Assembly (NCBI GenBank): GCA_010405405.1
Contig: MU004233.1
Location: forward strand, 2,458,539-2,522,538
Direction of reading: 5' to 3'
Length of the DNA stretch: 64,000 bases
DNA from: Microthyrium microscopicum
Lineage: Eukaryota
This document shows, one piece after another, positions 23,680 to 35,377 of the stretch. Position 1 is the first letter of the stretch. The number at the start of each line of letters is the position of its first letter. The translations under genes were made by a program, and so were the position numbers. Under the pieces are notes generated by a model. The model was not told where the DNA came from. It saw only the letters and a list, made by a program, of their open reading frames with translations, and searched no databases.

Positions 23680-24903
23680 TTATTCAGTCGTCCCCGACCC
23701 TTCCATCTCCGCCTCCATCCGTCTCGCCAACACGGCCCGAATCGCCTGATCAACTCCTTTGTCATTCCGTATCTCATTCTGCACCAACCACGCCTTCGTC
23801 TGGCGCTTCAGCCGTGCCTCTAGCTCCTCATCATCCAAGAACGGCACCGTCTCCAGCCGTAGTAATCGCGCGGCATCACCGTCAAGCTCGTTGGCGAGCG
23901 CATATAACCCGCTGAGGCTCTGCTGTGTGTCTGCAACGGGTGCGGCACGGCGTAATTGTGGCGCGATCTGCGAAACGGCGATGAACACAGATAGCGCGAT
24001 CCTACGGGCCAGTGCGATCGCTTGGTAGGGAAGATATGGCGCATGATTTAGGAGTGGTGTGAGCGGGTTTAGTAGGCGTAATGGCAGGGGAAAGGTCGGA
24101 CGACTTATGGTGTGGGCTTCGAATATTAGGAGGGCCGCGATGCTGAAGAATTGCCACTGTCTTATGCGTCAGTATGGACTCTGAAGGAGATGTGCATGTG
24201 GATATAGTTACATAGCGGCCATATTCATTATAGCGCATGAAGCTCATGACGGTGAGCGTGAGCGCGCTGAGTAGGTAGTAAGGCACGAGCTGCTTAAGCC
24301 CGACGGTTATGTAGTCGAGCTTGGTGATGCAGTTCTTCCATTCTAGCATGGAGGGTCCGAAGCGCTCGTAGGCGTAACGTTTCGCTGGATCCACGAGTGT
24401 ATCCCGCGCGTTTTTGAGGTGTACATAGTAATTGGAGGAGGCGGCCAGCTGTTCGGGGGATGGGTTTTGTAGTTTGTCGGGATGATATAGGATTGTGCTA
24501 GAGGTTGACGTTAGCATAGGAATGTATGCGCCATGCAATAGCAGCTGTACTAACAGTCGGCGGAAGCGCGAATTTATACGCTTCTCGTCGGCATCAAGGA
24601 CAACGCCGAGATGTGTGTAGAAGTCTCCTTCTCGTTGAAGTTCCCAGTCGACTTCGTATATGGTATAAAGGAGGTATGTAAGGATAACGAGGATGAAGAT
24701 GTTGCGGCGATGTCGTTCATGGCGCTGACTCCCAGGTTGCGGGTATGGATCGCCGGCGCGTACGGTGGTGCGGTAGTAGACGGTTTGAACCCATCCAGTC
24801 ACGAGCTTTAGGTTATTTTAGTAATCGTGTCTTTGCTGAGGCTGGAGACACGTACATTTGGAAGGAAATACCATGCCCCAAGGGACAGCAGTTGGCTCGA
24901 CAT
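23680..24903 (-). CDS. Membrane-associated DnaJ (J-domain) protein, 4 exons
   Basis: MSSQLLSLGAWYFLPN|LVTGWVQ..., a TM segment, then DFYTHLGV...FRRL|TILYHPDK...KRYAYERFG (J domain with HPD) and further TM helices. Introns ~24807-24855, 24498-24554 and ~24157-24211. Confidence 0.88.
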
Positions 24904-25847
24904 TTTACCCCTTGATCGAGCTTGAACGGCGTCGCATGGCCTAGGAAACAGCGGCTATAAGTTCAAGTAGAAGCGAGCGATTGGTTTGCAGAAAGTAAGG
25001 ACACAATAAGAAGGAGAATGGAGTAGCGTTCGTGTGTGTCCGAGTTGGTGTTGTCAGTTGACAAGTGTTGGGGTGCAGTGGTTAAAGTCAGCGCCAGCTT
25101 TATGTGGCTTTTTCAGAAACCCCTGCAGCGACCGGCTCCCAGAACATTGCCTAACATGATGAACTAAACTGCGAGTATTACCAAACATCAAGTGCAAAAA
25201 ATGAGAAGATAATTGAAATATCTGAATCATGTTCCATCGATCACCGAAAAACGAATGTACAAAACTATGAGTTCATGGTGGTAGATGATCTAGGATATGT
25301 CTGCACTCGTACTCTATAATCCCTCACATCCTCATCTTGATCGACTGGCAATCAGTCCTTCAATACTTCTTTCCTTTAATACTCTAAAGTCCACCTATCT
25401 ATTATCCAATCCAATGTTACCGCCATGGTAAACATTACTCAAAGACAAATTAGATATCTCACAATCTAAAATGGTGTATCGAGATGTAATTGGTTGGAAA
25501 TGCGGCTCTAAAACGGGTCGGCCCGCGTTGTACCACGACCTTGAGCATTTGTCCCTTATGCTCAGCCTTATGGCCAACATTGGCATTGACGTCCAGCTCG
25601 AGTGAGTAGGAACTCAGCAAACACCAAATTAGGAAAGAACAGACAGCAAAACTTAGTTGGGTTCCGTCTGGCTCGATTAAAATGCGACGAAATTTGTATG
25701 AAAGGTGAGCTCGTAGCGTACTACAAATGGGTGTTTTCGATTTACCCGTTTGTCGACCTTCAAGACCAGTCTTCTCTTCCACCCTACACCTGCCCAAGCG
25801 ATGCTATGCTATGCTACTCAGCTTCTGGTCGATTCCACCTTATTCGA

Positions 25848-27352
25848 TTACAGATTTGCGATATCTTTATACTTCCAAGCAATCTCTTCGTCAAAATTCA
25901 TCCCCAATTCTTCTACCGTCCTCACATCAATCCGAGCTTCACCCAACCCCGAAAACGCTTTCCTGAGCTTCGGAATATTATCGCGCATCCAGCGCATTCG
26001 ATTCGACCATTTGGGTGCGACTTTGCCTTTTCCATCATTTTCAAGCCCAGGTCGGTGTTCTGCTTGAGCAGCCCAATCAACAAGCATGTCCATATAACCT
26101 GCGTCCTCAGGATATCCAAAGGTGTGGAACTGGTCTTCACTACCGGTTTTTGCAAGACGTGCTCCTTCCCATTTTTTCAAAATGTCAGGACTAGGAAGAA
26201 AAAGTCGACCAGAATTGACCCTTGCAACTACTGCCGCCTGCATCTCGGTGATCGGGAATGGTATGACTTTTTGTGGTAAGCCAAGGATTGACAGTGATGG
26301 ATGTGTAACACTAAAGAGGTGCTCGTATGTTCCGTGAACCATGTTTCCATGGGTGATCAAAGGCGGCGAGATACTCTTGAGGAAGTCAAAAGAATAGAAA
26401 TATCCAGTGCAAAATATAATCGCATCTACTGCATCCAGGATGGTGCCATCTTTCAAGGTCACTTGCCGAGTACCTGGATCCACTCGATCAATCTGGCCTA
26501 TTGATTGAATACCAGCGTTAGCCTTGAATCCCGCCGCCATTTCAGATACAGACTTTTGTGAGAGGTAAACTGGCTGTTGGCAGGCACTGGTCAGTTGTTG
26601 TGATATATCCAGGCCTGAGGCATGACTTCCAACGACAACAACTTTCTTCCCAGCAAACTGGGCCGGACTTCGATAGTATTTAGAGTGTGTAATGCTGCCT
26701 GGATGTTTTTGGGACCATTCTCTTAATCCATCTATCGACGGAATACAAGGCACGAAATAATGACCGTTTGCTACCACAATGGCATCGTACTCCTTTATAT
26801 ATCTCTTACCAGTCGGCAAATGCAAACTATCCAGAGTCCACGTGGTGTTTGGTCTTGATCCTACTCGAATATTGGTAACCTGCGTGTCGAAAGATATAAG
26901 GTCCTCCACTTCTTTGCCATATTGTTGCAGATAGATCTTGACATCCTCATGTTTTGGAAACAACGGCAAATGTTCTGGAAAATCCAAGTCTGAGAACTTC
27001 ATCATATCTTTTGGAATATTGGTTTCCAGAAGATCATACACTGGGCTGATAAAGACCTTGTCTTTGGAAGACCCACTCTCAACCGGTATTTCCGGACCCG
27101 GGCTTGGATCCGTTTGTGGTACACTGAATATACCGTCGCCGGAGATTTGTGGAGAGTGGATCCATAAACCTCCAGTAGCACTGCGTTGCTCGTAGATATC
27201 GATTACTGAAAAACACTTCTCTGCGCGCAGATATCTGTATATAAGATAAGACCCTGTTGTAGATATGCACTCGTGAAAACTCACTTGGCTGCCGTGAGAC
27301 CTCCAGCACCAGCGCCGATTACGGCGATTCGTTGAGCATGTGGAGCGGTCAT
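25848..27352 (-). CDS. Flavin-containing monooxygenase (FMO1/thiol-specific monooxygenase-like)
   Basis: Exon 1 RIAVIGAGAGGLTAAK (FAD Rossmann), intron 27235-27284, SPVYDLLETN, VVANGHY, HPGSITHSKYY (FMO motif variant), VVVGSHASG (NADPH) and FCTGY. Confidence 0.92.
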
Positions 27353-27946
27353 TGTATGAGCAAGTCTATACTGTAACCTTGAGAGGAAGGGGGCAAAGAA
27401 GCGCTCATGAGATAACTAGACTGGGATCCATGGTAGGTTAGAGAGCTCGAGAGTTTGAGAAGTCCAATCACGATTGTATGCAGAGGACATTCTTCATTCG
27501 CTCTTTATCTAGAGTGGTGTTGCAAAGGCCCACTGTTATGGCAAAGCGCCACCCACCGACTTGACTTGACTTTCTGATAGCAACAAGACGAATGTTAAGT
27601 ATGCTTCGATGAAAAATCATACAGTCTCTATTCGATATTATTTCAGGTAGTGGGAGTTGCTCACAAGAACCTGGAAAAGCGTCCTCGCTAAGTGGCGCAT
27701 GGCCGGGGCTAGTGAGGCTAGGCTGTATTAGGCAATCTTTAGTGGCGTTCATTACTGTGAGCCCGCGCGCCTACCCCACGCACCACACACACTTCACTTA
27801 ATTCATCCATCGGACCATCGCCTTAACTTCTACCACTTACCGGACCTGGAACCCAATAACTACTACTATCTGCCGCAACACACTCGCATTGCTACCTCCA
27901 ATCGATCGTCAAGTCAGTTCCGCAGTCCAGACTGCTCCTGGGCGCC

Positions 27947-30223
27947 ATGTCGCAATACGAGAACCTCCCGCAGGATGATGATATCGAAGAAAGCGAGATC
28001 GACTTCAGTGATCTCCGAGAGAACTTCGAGGTTCGTCTCGAAGAAGGACTGGATACATTCGTTGTGTTAGACGGTCTCCCAATCGCGCCGGAAGATGCTG
28101 CTGGCAAACTTGAAAAATTCATTGGCCGGAAGCTAGCAACTGCTGGAAAAGTACGAGACGATGGATTCCACATGCCTCTAGAGAACGGAAAGACTCAAGG
28201 GTAGGCTATCGATACGAGTAGCGCTGACAGAATGCTAATTCCTGGTCCAGTTTTGCCTTTGTCGAATTTGCTACCCCAAAAGAGGCTTTCAATGCCGTCA
28301 AGATCCTTCATAAAACACCGCTCGACAAGAAACACATCATGCTAGTCAACAAACTCACCGATATCGATCGATACGGCCGGGAAGGTCGCATCGATGAAGA
28401 ATATCAAGCCCCTGCGATTGAACCATTCCAAGAGTTACCCCATCTGCGATGGTGGCTTTCAGATTCTGAAGCGCGCGACCAATTCGTCATGTACCGCGAT
28501 AACCAAGTTGGCGTATTCTGGAACGAGAAGGATGATCCTCCGGAGTCAATCGTCGATCGCAACCAGTGGACTGAAATGTTTGTTCAATGGTCGCCCCTTG
28601 GAACATATCTCACATCAATGCACATGCAAGGTGTACAGCTATGGGGCGGTGAGAACTGGAGTCGACAAAAACGATTTGCTCATCCCGGCGTTAACCTAAT
28701 CGACTATTCGCCACATGAGAAATACGTCGTAACATGGTCCCACAAGCCTGTAAGTGTTGATGAGAATCACCCCATTCTCTCGCTGGAAGACGACGGCAAG
28801 AACTATATCATCTGGGATGTCGCAACTGGCAAACCCGTCCGGTCATTTGTAACTCTCGACTCAGTAACAGATCAAAAAGATGAACATGGACAATTCATCA
28901 AGCGCAAGATTCAGTGGCCAGCTTTCAAATGGTCTTCAGACGACAAGTATGTTGCCCGGATGACTTACGGTCAATCTATCTCGGTATACGAACTTCCAAG
29001 CATGAAGCAGCTTGACAAGAAACCTATCAAGATCGAAGGAATTCAAGACTTTGACTGGGCCCCTCAAACTCCTCGCCGCGAGGGTGTCAAAGGTTATGAA
29101 CAGCTCCTCTGCTACTGGACTCCTGAGATGGGCAGCAATCCCGCCAAAGTCGGCTTGATGAGCATCCCATCAAAAGAAATCGTACGCACCCGAAATCTCT
29201 TCAACGTTTCTGACGCCAAACTTCACTGGCAATCTGAAGGTCGCTACGTTTGCTGCAAGGTTGATCGCCATTCAAAATCGAAAAAGTCCCTTGCCACCAA
29301 TTTGGAGATCTTCCGTATTACGGAAAAGAACATTCCCGTCGAAGTTGTGGATTCTCTCAAAGACACTGTTATTAACTTTGCCTGGGAGCCTAAAGGAGAC
29401 CGTTTTGTTCTCATCACCACCGGCGAAATCCCTACCCAGTCTGCTGTTCCACCTAAGACTGCGGTATCATTCTTCTGCCCTGAAAAGGCCAAGGGTCCCG
29501 TACCTGGCAACTTTAAGCATGTGCGGACTATTGACAAGAAGAACAGCAATGCTATTTACTGGGCTCCACGTGGTCGTTTCGTCGTTGTTGCTACCGTTCA
29601 CTCCCAACAAAGTTTCGAGCTGGACTTCTGGGATCTGGACTTTGAGGGCGAGAAGGATGAAAAGGACAAGGACTTGACTTGCAACCTTCAGCTCATGTCG
29701 ACCGCGGAACATTACGGTATCACCGATGCCGAATGGGATCCCACTGGACGATATGTTGCAACCGTTGCAAGTGTGTGGAAGCATCAGGTAAGGATCGCGC
29801 ACTACATCTCAGCCTCTTTATACTAACCAGCCGCAGGCTGAAAATGGCTACCATCTTCATGACTTCAAAGGCAACCTCCTCCGAGAGGAGCACATTGAAC
29901 GCTTCAAGCAACTCATCTGGCGTCCCCGTCCACCAACTATGCTCAGCAAAGACGAGCAAAAGAAAATTCGCAAGAACCTCCGTGAATACAGCAAAGTGTT
30001 TGACGAGCAGGACTTCAACAAAAAGAACCTTGCCAACAAGGCTGTCATTGACCAGCGTCGTCGTCTACTAGATGAGTGGAAGGCTTGGCGGGAGAGTGTC
30101 GAGGAGCGTATGGAAGAAGAGCCGGGCTATAAGACTGCTGACCAGAAGGAAGAGGATGGCGGAGAGGTGATTGAGGAAATCGTTGAAGAGATTGTTGAGG
30201 AGACAGAGGAAATCGTGCCGTAA
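27947..30223 (+). CDS. PRT1: Eukaryotic translation initiation factor 3 subunit B
   Basis: N-terminal RRM (FVVLDGLP...G|FAFVEF), WD40 propeller ([23 protein letters not shown]) and C-terminal WRPRPPT...IRKNLREYS. Introns 28201-28250 and 29788-29836. Confidence 0.96.
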
Positions 30224-30500
30224 GTGCATTGTCATCGGGCTCCAGGCAAGTGAGCAGCGTAGAAAAATGTCTGGGATTGTTGATGCATTAGTGTAAATAG
30301 CATGTTGGTGTTGCTCGGTCGTTGACTTATTCTTTAGCTTAAGAGTGGAAAACACATGACTTGATATGACATTCATGTCTCACTGCTATTGAAACCTTCG
30401 AAACATTGTTCAAGTGGAGGAACCTTCGCTCTCAAGCCACTGGCAGTGATTAAGAAGCCAGCTGCTTAGTCAGATTGCGCCTTTTTGCTACATCACCTCA

Positions 30501-30552
30501 GCGCGCGCCTCGACGCGTCTGACATATCTCCAACTTTGTAATCGATCGCGTC
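30501..30552. promoter_or_regulatory. CGCG cluster with an MCB (ACGCGT) box upstream of paralogue A
   Basis: GCGCGCG (30501), ACGCGT (30513-30518) and TCGCGT (~30546), within ~100 nt of ATG 30605. Confidence 0.45.
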
Positions 30553-30604
30553 TATTGTATTCCATTGGGATACCAGGTTAGACTTGCAATTTTTCAACTG
30601 CATC

Positions 30605-32614
30605 ATGGGACGTAAAGGCAAGAAGAAACAGCAAGCTGCGCCCAGCCAATCCAAAGTAGGATCCATTCAACTGCCATCCATTATAGGCCAGAATGCTACA
30701 AGTCAAGAGCTTGTTCGCGACGAGATGCAAGGACTCACAAAACACCAGAGAAGAAAAAAGCGGCGACGGGCTCGCAACCTGGAAATACAACAAACCCGGG
30801 ATTATGGTCATGAAGCCCAGGTAAAGGAGGCCAAAAGACAAGCACTAGATTCTCAATATGACGAATTGAAGGCACAAGTTCAACAACAAGAAGCACAAAT
30901 TACCAAACTTCACAAAACTTACCTTCAGCTCAAAGCTGCTCATACTCTACCAGAAATGATTGAGCTTAAGTTGATAAACAAGTACATTCAAAAAAGTCAA
31001 ATGTATGTCTCTCAACTTCAAGAAGATATAAATCAGGGCCCAAACACTCAAGGGTCACAGCGAAATGCTCGCCTCGAACTACTACATGCTCGTATTCAGC
31101 ATACTCATCTGCAGTGTCTTGAAATTCATTTGATTGAGCCCGCGCTGCCAAGCTCGGAGATGGCGGATCTTCCCAATGGTGTTCGTGGCCTCCAATTGCC
31201 ACTTTACCAGCTTCAAGACAATTTAAATCGAATCGCCAAAGCTCAGAACGACCTATATTATCCCCCCAGTGCTCCATTACAATACCACCCATCTCTTGAA
31301 TTCCACAAAGAAGTCATGAGTCCATCGTGGACCAACACGCATGGACATACAGACAGCGATAGCGATAGCAATCGAAATTGGCCTCGGGGATACCAAGGTT
31401 CAGTGAGCATTGCTCAGCTCCATGGGCAAAGCTCTAAAATCCAGTCACAAATCAAACCCAGCCCGTCTCGCCTTAGCGAACGAGAAAAAATGGAAGAGGA
31501 GGCAAGGCGACTGCTACACCAGCATGAAGTAGAGGGCCCACTCGGGCAAAGAAAGCAGCGAAAGCTTCGAGACCTGACGACTAAGCTTGGCCCTCCGTGG
31601 TTACCGTTTGAAGTCAAGAAGCCCAGGACCTGGGACACCCGCCGACTGAAAGATGCATCAGACTTTCCAGAATGGTATCAGCGTCTCCGGTTGATGGAAG
31701 AAGATCCATATGATTCTGGCTTGTGCGAGTCGGACTTTGATCAAGACATTTCGGAGCTCGAAAGCGAGCATAAAAGCGAATGTGAATGTTCTACAGGTGG
31801 TGGATACTGTAAAGAAACCTGCAAGGCTCAGATTCGACACTTGCAGAACATGGGATGTTACGACTACCCGGGCGGCGCAGAGGAACGACAGTTTCGTGAT
31901 GACTCGAGTTGTGATTATTATCATGAACTCAAAGAAAGACGATACAATCGTAAGGAAAGGCTCATTTCCCTTTGCACAGAAAAATCGACGGCCGAACGCA
32001 AGCAGATTCTCGAGCTTGAAAGAAGAATAAGAGTGTTCAAGAATGAAAACAAAGACAGACGTGCCATGAAGCGTCGGAAATTGAAGCAGAAAAGTATAGA
32101 TAGCCCTCTAGCTTCCATATCTTTATCCGAGGAGTACTGGATCTATTGTAACGACTATGCTGGCCGCCCTTGGCAAGGACTCTTCGATTTCAAGTACGTC
32201 AAATTCAGTGCTGCGCAAGGGAATAATATCGCTGGCTCCATATACTTCCACCACCTCCGAAATGCTTACCGGATCGATAGTTTCAAAAGTCCTGTCGATC
32301 CATATGATCCATTCGATGTGACATGCGAAAATGGTAAATTTGGTATGACCGCCCGGTTCTTTGGTGATAATTACATCAAATTGGTATTGCATCGCCATAT
32401 GGTCGTGAGGTTGCTTTCGCGGATAGGGACTGCTACAACTCCTCAGGCCGAAATGCCTGAACTTTTCACCTTTGTGGGCATTCGTTCTGAACTGGCAGAG
32501 GATGAAGACTGCTATATTCACGAACCACGGAAACAATTCTTGAGGGAGACGGACCCTAACTATGAGGAAACCTTCTCGGACATTTCCGAGCTAGGTGGCT
32601 GTGGATATTACTAG
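30605..32614 (+). CDS. Uncharacterised protein (basic N-terminus, coiled coil, Cys/acidic segment, conserved C-terminal domain); paralogue A
   Basis: Intronless ~669-codon ORF from ATG 30605 (MGRKGKKK); motifs shared with the next gene: LGPPW.PF.V.KP, P.WYQR.RL, DF..D.SEL, DSSCD.Y..LKE.R, MPEL.TFVG. Confidence 0.8.
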   Translation: MGRKGKKKQQAAPSQSKVGSIQLPSIIGQNATSQELVRDEMQGLTKHQRRKKRRRARNLEIQQTRDYGHEAQVKEAKRQALDSQYDELKAQVQQQEAQITKLHKTYLQLKAAHTLPEMIELKLINKYIQKSQMYVSQLQEDINQGPNTQGSQRNARLELLHARIQHTHLQCLEIHLIEPALPSSEMADLPNGVRGLQLPLYQLQDNLNRIAKAQNDLYYPPSAPLQYHPSLEFHKEVMSPSWTNTHGHTDSDSDSNRNWPRGYQGSVSIAQLHGQSSKIQSQIKPSPSRLSEREKMEEEARRLLHQHEVEGPLGQRKQRKLRDLTTKLGPPWLPFEVKKPRTWDTRRLKDASDFPEWYQRLRLMEEDPYDSGLCESDFDQDISELESEHKSECECSTGGGYCKETCKAQIRHLQNMGCYDYPGGAEERQFRDDSSCDYYHELKERRYNRKERLISLCTEKSTAERKQILELERRIRVFKNENKDRRAMKRRKLKQKSIDSPLASISLSEEYWIYCNDYAGRPWQGLFDFKYVKFSAAQGNNIAGSIYFHHLRNAYRIDSFKSPVDPYDPFDVTCENGKFGMTARFFGDNYIKLVLHRHMVVRLLSRIGTATTPQAEMPELFTFVGIRSELAEDEDCYIHEPRKQFLRETDPNYEETFSDISELGGCGYY

Positions 32615-32922
32615 ATGCAAGCTCTACGAATTGCACTGGGATTATCCTATATTTTGCCCAGAACTGATCAGAAAGTGAAGCTATATAGTCTGTTTACTCC
32701 TTCGGAGGGTTTAGCTCACGCATTTTTAACTGAAGCCAAGGATAAAATACACTTCCAAATTTCTTATTTGCTAGAGGTATCACTTCAAACTTCTGTTTGA
32801 ACTGCGGAGCGAGCATCCAATCTCAAAAACTCCTATACCGAAATTATTTCAAGGCCATTAGCATGACACAATGTTTATGTGACGTGTATAAGTTGCTTAG
32901 TAAGGTAGCCCCTTTTCTTGAA

Positions 32923-33027
32923 TCGCGCTCAGTCGCGTCTGATTACGCGTGCTACGATCTGATACATATCAACTTCGACACCACAGCTCTTTAATCCCAT
33001 GGAATGAATGAATCAAAAACTACGCGT
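32923..33027. promoter_or_regulatory. CGCG cluster with two MCB (ACGCGT) boxes upstream of paralogue B
   Basis: TCGCGC (~32923), TCGCGT (~32933), ACGCGT (32945-32950) and ACGCGT (33022-33027), just upstream of ATG 33040. Confidence 0.45.
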
Positions 33028-33039
33028 CCTTGAATAAAA

Positions 33040-35377
33040 ATGGACGGTATTCGCATCAAGCAAGAAGAAATTGAATACAAACCATTTCAAAATGGGCAAT
33101 CCCAATTATCAGCCATTGCACAGGCAAGTCGACCACCAATTCATGGAAGTACTAAGTCAAGTAATGCCAAGAGAAAGAAAAAGGCAAGAACCTTCGCAAT
33201 ACTTCGAAGTCTCAATGCTCAGGAACAAAGCCATCGAAGCCAGAGAACGACACAACTGAGTAAAGGCCAGAAAGCCAGGCGAAATAAGGCAGCGCGCAAG
33301 TTAAAGCTGCTCCAGCGAACTCATAACACTCAAAGCCAGCAGCAGATACTTCAGGAACCAACGAGGATTGCTCGTAGTCAATCTATCAGTCTTCGAATTC
33401 AGACAACAGATGCTCGCTTACGAGAGCTAATGGCCAAGGCAAAACATAACAATCAACAGTCGGCACTAACTACTGAACGGGTGGACTATTTGTGTCGGCT
33501 CCCTTTGGCTCTGATCAGCAGGTAAGACTTTATCCTGTACCATCAACCTCATCTGTTCATGAACCGCGATTCTTCTCATCTGAGATGCGCTTTACTGTCA
33601 AGATGTGTAGCCGGTTCATCACAGGGAACTCCAAGTGAGTAGTTTGAGGTCGTCTCATTGCACCTGGCGGTTACCCGATTGGAGATAGCTTCGTAACGCA
33701 GAAAACAAACATGTGCGTTGTGGAGGCTTTATTGCCTGTATGGAAATGGAAAGGCGACCCGTCGTGAGTCCTACACTGACGACTTTCAGATACAGAACCT
33801 TGACCGAGCCGACTACACAGGATGATCTGCAGCTCTGGTGCGCCCTTGATCAATTTCAGCCCATCCAAGGTCAGGCTCCTATCGATCTGAGACATCGTGT
33901 CAACGAAATGCTCAAAGAGATCAATAATAAGATTCTTGAGCTCCAAGCTCAGACCTATCGGGACAGAGAAGAAACGCGATCAATGATAGAATTGAGTGAA
34001 TCACTACAACGAGACATACGGTCGAATGAACAAAAAATCTTGGCTGAAGCTGAAGAATTACGGAACGAAAGGTATCAACTGCCGGGGAACTCTCATGACG
34101 GCCAGCTGAACCGGCCCACACCCGACCATACCTATGTTAAATTGGAGAACACGCCAGAGTCAATCCGGCTCATCCAAACCTTGCCGAAATCGACAACAGG
34201 CCAGGCTCACATCGAAGCCGAGGTCATGCAAGAGCCACCGCAATGCATTTCAATTCTTCCCCAAATCCAGGTGCTTACGGCTGGAATCAAATCGAGAAGC
34301 GAATTAGATACCCGTGCCCTCAAACTGCAGAGGAGGAAAGAGACGAGAAGGAAGAAGCAGGAGACAAGGTTGAAGCTGCTGCTAGAACGACATGAGGAAG
34401 GGAACCAGCCACTCAGTTTACCAGAGCAGCATACTGCTCGAAACCTGTCACTCCTCTTAGGGCCTCCATGGATACCGTTTCAAGTTCAGAAACCGTCAAA
34501 AAAGGCCCTCAAGGCTCTCAAGGCGTCGCAGCCCCCACCCCGAAGCGAACTTCGCAAGATGAAAGTGAAGCCACAGTATCCAGATTGGTACCAGCGTGTT
34601 CGTCTATGGGACCAGATTGGCTCTGAGGATTTTGAGGAGGACCTTTCCGAACTCAAAAGCGACGAGAATAGTTGCGACTGTGGCTGCGAACACGTTTGTA
34701 AAGCCTGGATGCGCACGCAAAGCTCCACCAGAATAAAGAACTATCCACGTGGGCCTGAAGACTAACCATATAGCGAAGACTCAAGCTGTGATCTTTACTA
34801 TACGCTTAAAGAGAAACGATCCGAGCGGAAGAAAAAGCTGCATGTGGATAATGTTCAAGCTCAAAGAGCAACTGAGGAGCGCAAGCAGGTCCAAAGATTG
34901 GAGACACGTATTGAGTATATCAAAAAGCAAAGCAAACAGTCTCAAAATTGCAAGCCTGAAGGCTCAAAAGAGAAAGCTAGCTTGCCCGCGTTGAGATCGG
35001 AAAAGTATCGAATCTATACTGCCGACTATACCCATGGCTCTTTGGACGGGCTGCACGATATCAAGCACTTGGAGCTTGTGTTTACGCAGGACTTGGTCGG
35101 TGGTTACATAAATTTCAACGGTTCGGGACAGCTGGTGCATATTGATGACTTCGTCGAGCCCGAAGGCAGGCATGACCGATACAACATGAGCTGCTCTGGC
35201 CAGAAATATGGCATTTCGGCCCGATTCTACGCTGGCAATTATAACAGTTATGTCAAGCTAGTCATGGAGAGCCAGATGGTCATGCGATTGCTCTCATCCG
35301 ATCCGGCTGAACTGCCTCCACCAGACATGCCTGAATTGCTCACATTTGTAGGCGCATGTGCTAGACCCACACGATAG
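33040..35377 (+). pseudogene. Tandem paralogue B of the 30605 gene, interrupted by one in-frame TAA (pseudogene, truncated allele or recoded gene)
   Basis: ORFs 33713-34765 and 34844-35377 share a frame; NYPRGPED*PYSEDSSCDLYYTLKEKR aligns with DYPGGAEERQFRDDSSCDYYHELKERR of paralogue A. The 5' part appears spliced (donor 33522, several candidate short introns to ~33790). Confidence 0.7.

Noticed and set aside
25153..25233. ATGATGA...CTGA spaced like a C/D snoRNA (a similar pair lies at ~50924-50998)
   Set aside because: No convincing rRNA-complementary guide recognised, and the flanking stem overlaps the C box; snoscan or cmscan would be needed.
25602..26279. 225-aa plus-strand ORF
   Set aside because: Largely antisense to the FMO gene, non-ATG start, no motifs.
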